Of a stretch of 30,260 nucleotides of DNA, positions 29,042 through 30,260 are shown in pieces. Source of the stretch: an uncultured Ruminococcus sp. GTDB taxonomy: Bacteria; Bacillota; Clostridia; Oscillospirales; Acutalibacteraceae. Both the position numbers and the translations under genes were made by a program. The stretch is from contig CAYQFW010000001.1 in assembly GCA_964416955.1 (NCBI GenBank), positions 1 through 30,260 of the forward strand, read 5' to 3'. Under the pieces are notes generated by a model. The model made no database searches. It was not told where the DNA came from and saw only the letters and a program-made list of their open reading frames with translations. Numbering within the stretch: the stretch's first letter is position 1; every line of letters starts with the position of its first letter.

Positions 29042-29090
29042 TCCCTCAGTCAAACACTTTGTGTTCGACAGCTCCCTCTAAGAAGGAGCC
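29042..29090 (+). repeat. Double-hairpin dispersed repeat, copy 5
   Basis: tccctca GTCaAACAC ttt GTGTTcGAC a GCTCCctc taa gaaGGAGC c. Confidence 0.8.
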
Positions 29091-29123
29091 TTTTAGATGG
29101 AAACGATGTAAAAGAGGTAAAAA

Positions 29124-30035
29124 ATGAAACCTGTATATAGACAACGAATAATCAAGGCGGGTAATACGATAGATGTCGAGAATACCTACCCTACAAAGTT
29201 CGGTGATACACTTACTCGCCGTAAGAGAAGTAAGAGTACACCTGAAGCTATGCAAGCGTATAACGAAGAACTTGCGATAAGAAAATTAACAAGGCTTATA
29301 AATGAAAACTTTATCCCTGACGATTGGTTTGTGACCTTTCACTATGAAAACCATAACAGACCAAAAGATTATAAAACAGCTAAAGCTCAACTTGGTGTCT
29401 TTCTTCGGAAGTTAAGAAAACTTTATGAAGAATGGGGAATTGAGTTTAAATACATAAAGCGTACTGCAAGGGGTGAACGCGGGGGTGTTCACCATCACGT
29501 TATATTACCGCAGGGCGAGAAATTTAAAGAGGTTTCTTCTCTTTGGAAAGAGTTTGTTAAGTCAACACGCGATGCACGTCCGCCCGATTGCCGTCCTATG
29601 TACGACAGCTTTGAATATTCTTCGCTTGCGGCGTACATAGTTAAACAGCCGATGTACGATAACGACAACGAAGGCTTCACAAAGAAATGGGTTGGTTCGC
29701 GCAATCTTAAAAAGCCCGTGGAAGAACCGCCGAAGGATATTTACGAAATCAAGTGGAAAGAGCCGCCTGTGGCCCGCCCCGGTTATTATATCGATACCGA
29801 CAGCATACGCGCAGGTTGTAATCCTGTAAACGGTAGGCCGTATTTATTCTACCGTATGGTGAAGCTGCCGCCCGATTTCCATTGTTACGATGAAAACAAT
29901 AAGCGGCTTTACGGCAGTGAGGCTATTAAGTATTTCAGAAAGCATAACAAGGAGTGGATTCGCAATAATATGTGGACCGAGATTTGTCATGAAGGTGAGA
30001 TAGTTTGTAATTCGGAATTGGAAGAAGGTGGTTAA
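29124..30035 (+). CDS. HUH-superfamily rolling-circle Rep-like protein
   Basis: Motif I FVTFHY, motif II GVHHHVIL, motif III LAAYIVK (YxxK), followed by W.GSRNLKKP; RBS gaggt. Confidence 0.8.
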   Translation: MKPVYRQRIIKAGNTIDVENTYPTKFGDTLTRRKRSKSTPEAMQAYNEELAIRKLTRLINENFIPDDWFVTFHYENHNRPKDYKTAKAQLGVFLRKLRKLYEEWGIEFKYIKRTARGERGGVHHHVILPQGEKFKEVSSLWKEFVKSTRDARPPDCRPMYDSFEYSSLAAYIVKQPMYDNDNEGFTKKWVGSRNLKKPVEEPPKDIYEIKWKEPPVARPGYYIDTDSIRAGCNPVNGRPYLFYRMVKLPPDFHCYDENNKRLYGSEAIKYFRKHNKEWIRNNMWTEICHEGEIVCNSELEEGG

Positions 30036-30037
30036 AG

Positions 30038-30260
30038 TTGCTTGAACAGGTGACGTTGCGAGCGCTCACGGGTGAGATACAGCGAGCAAAAGGAAGCGCC
30101 GCGGTCGATGATTGCGCTGCGCTCCAAGCGAGCGCAGAGTCGGGAACCGCAAGAGGTATAGAAGCTATGCGGGAATTGTTCTGTGATAATTACTGCAAAT
30201 ATCCGCTTATTTGTAAAACTCAGGACGAGATAGACGGTATTTGTGATGAGTGCCCGCTTA
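30038..30260 (+). CDS. Partial Cys-rich small phage protein, truncated by the window end
   Basis: Open frame from TTG 30038 (RBS aaggtgg), or from ATG 30167 (RBS agaggt): ...MRELFCDNYCKYPLICKTQDEIDGICDECPL. Confidence 0.65.
   Translation, partial: MLEQVTLRALTGEIQRAKGSAAVDDCAALQASAESGTARGIEAMRELFCDNYCKYPLICKTQDEIDGICDECPL
30055..30153 (+). ncRNA. GC-rich structured element, possibly skipping-rope-like RNA or miniature insertion
   Basis: Terminal inverted repeat TTGCG/CGCAA, A-rich linker gcaaaaggaa, nested hairpin gcggt-cgat..tgcgct-gcgct/agcg-agcgca..gtcg-accgc. Confidence 0.5.

Larger units (their letters stand above)
22026..30260. mobile_element. Prophage left arm (integration, lysogeny, early/replication modules), continuing beyond the window
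   Basis: att core, integrase, divergent CI/Cro, then dense co-oriented small ORFs with HNH, DnaD-like and Rep-like genes. No structural genes are in the window, so a satellite or ICE-like element is not excluded. Confidence 0.9.

Noticed and set aside
29064..29070. Spo0A box (TTCGACA) upstream of the Rep-like gene
   Set aside because: A single 7-mer inside a repeat hairpin stem is expected by chance and is insufficient evidence.
25625..29090. Dispersed repeats as a CRISPR array or plain intrinsic terminators
   Set aside because: Spacing is irregular with whole genes in between, sequences diverge, most lack U-tracts, and they carry a conserved leader plus an extra hairpin.

Overview
Low-GC Bacillota (Clostridia, Oscillospiraceae/Ruminococcaceae-like) chromosome segment. 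Positions 1-22,020 are host genes, mostly on the minus strand: a DegV protein, a B12-riboswitch-controlled DUF4430 + ECF S-component pair, a probable 6S RNA, an alpha/beta hydrolase, uppP, glgA/glgD/glgC, a two-gene surface beta-helix locus (1,774-aa four-repeat membrane-anchored protein plus a lipoprotein), DUF1846, a WYL regulator, RNase M5, holA, comEC and a DUF2975 gene. From 22,026 to the window end is the left arm of a prophage integrated at a tRNA 3' end (probably tRNA-Gly): tyrosine integrase, CI/Cro switch with CAC-N5-GTG operators, an orphan Cas2/VapD-like gene, a receiver-less Spo0A DNA-binding domain, an HNH nuclease, a DnaD-like protein and an HUH Rep-like protein. The most notable unexplained structure is non-coding and lies in the prophage early operon: five co-oriented copies of a covarying double-hairpin element at gene boundaries, two promoter-hairpin-terminator antisense RNA units, and a ~100-nt structured element that reads in frame through a small Cys-rich gene. 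All calls come from reading the sequence; no searches were run.
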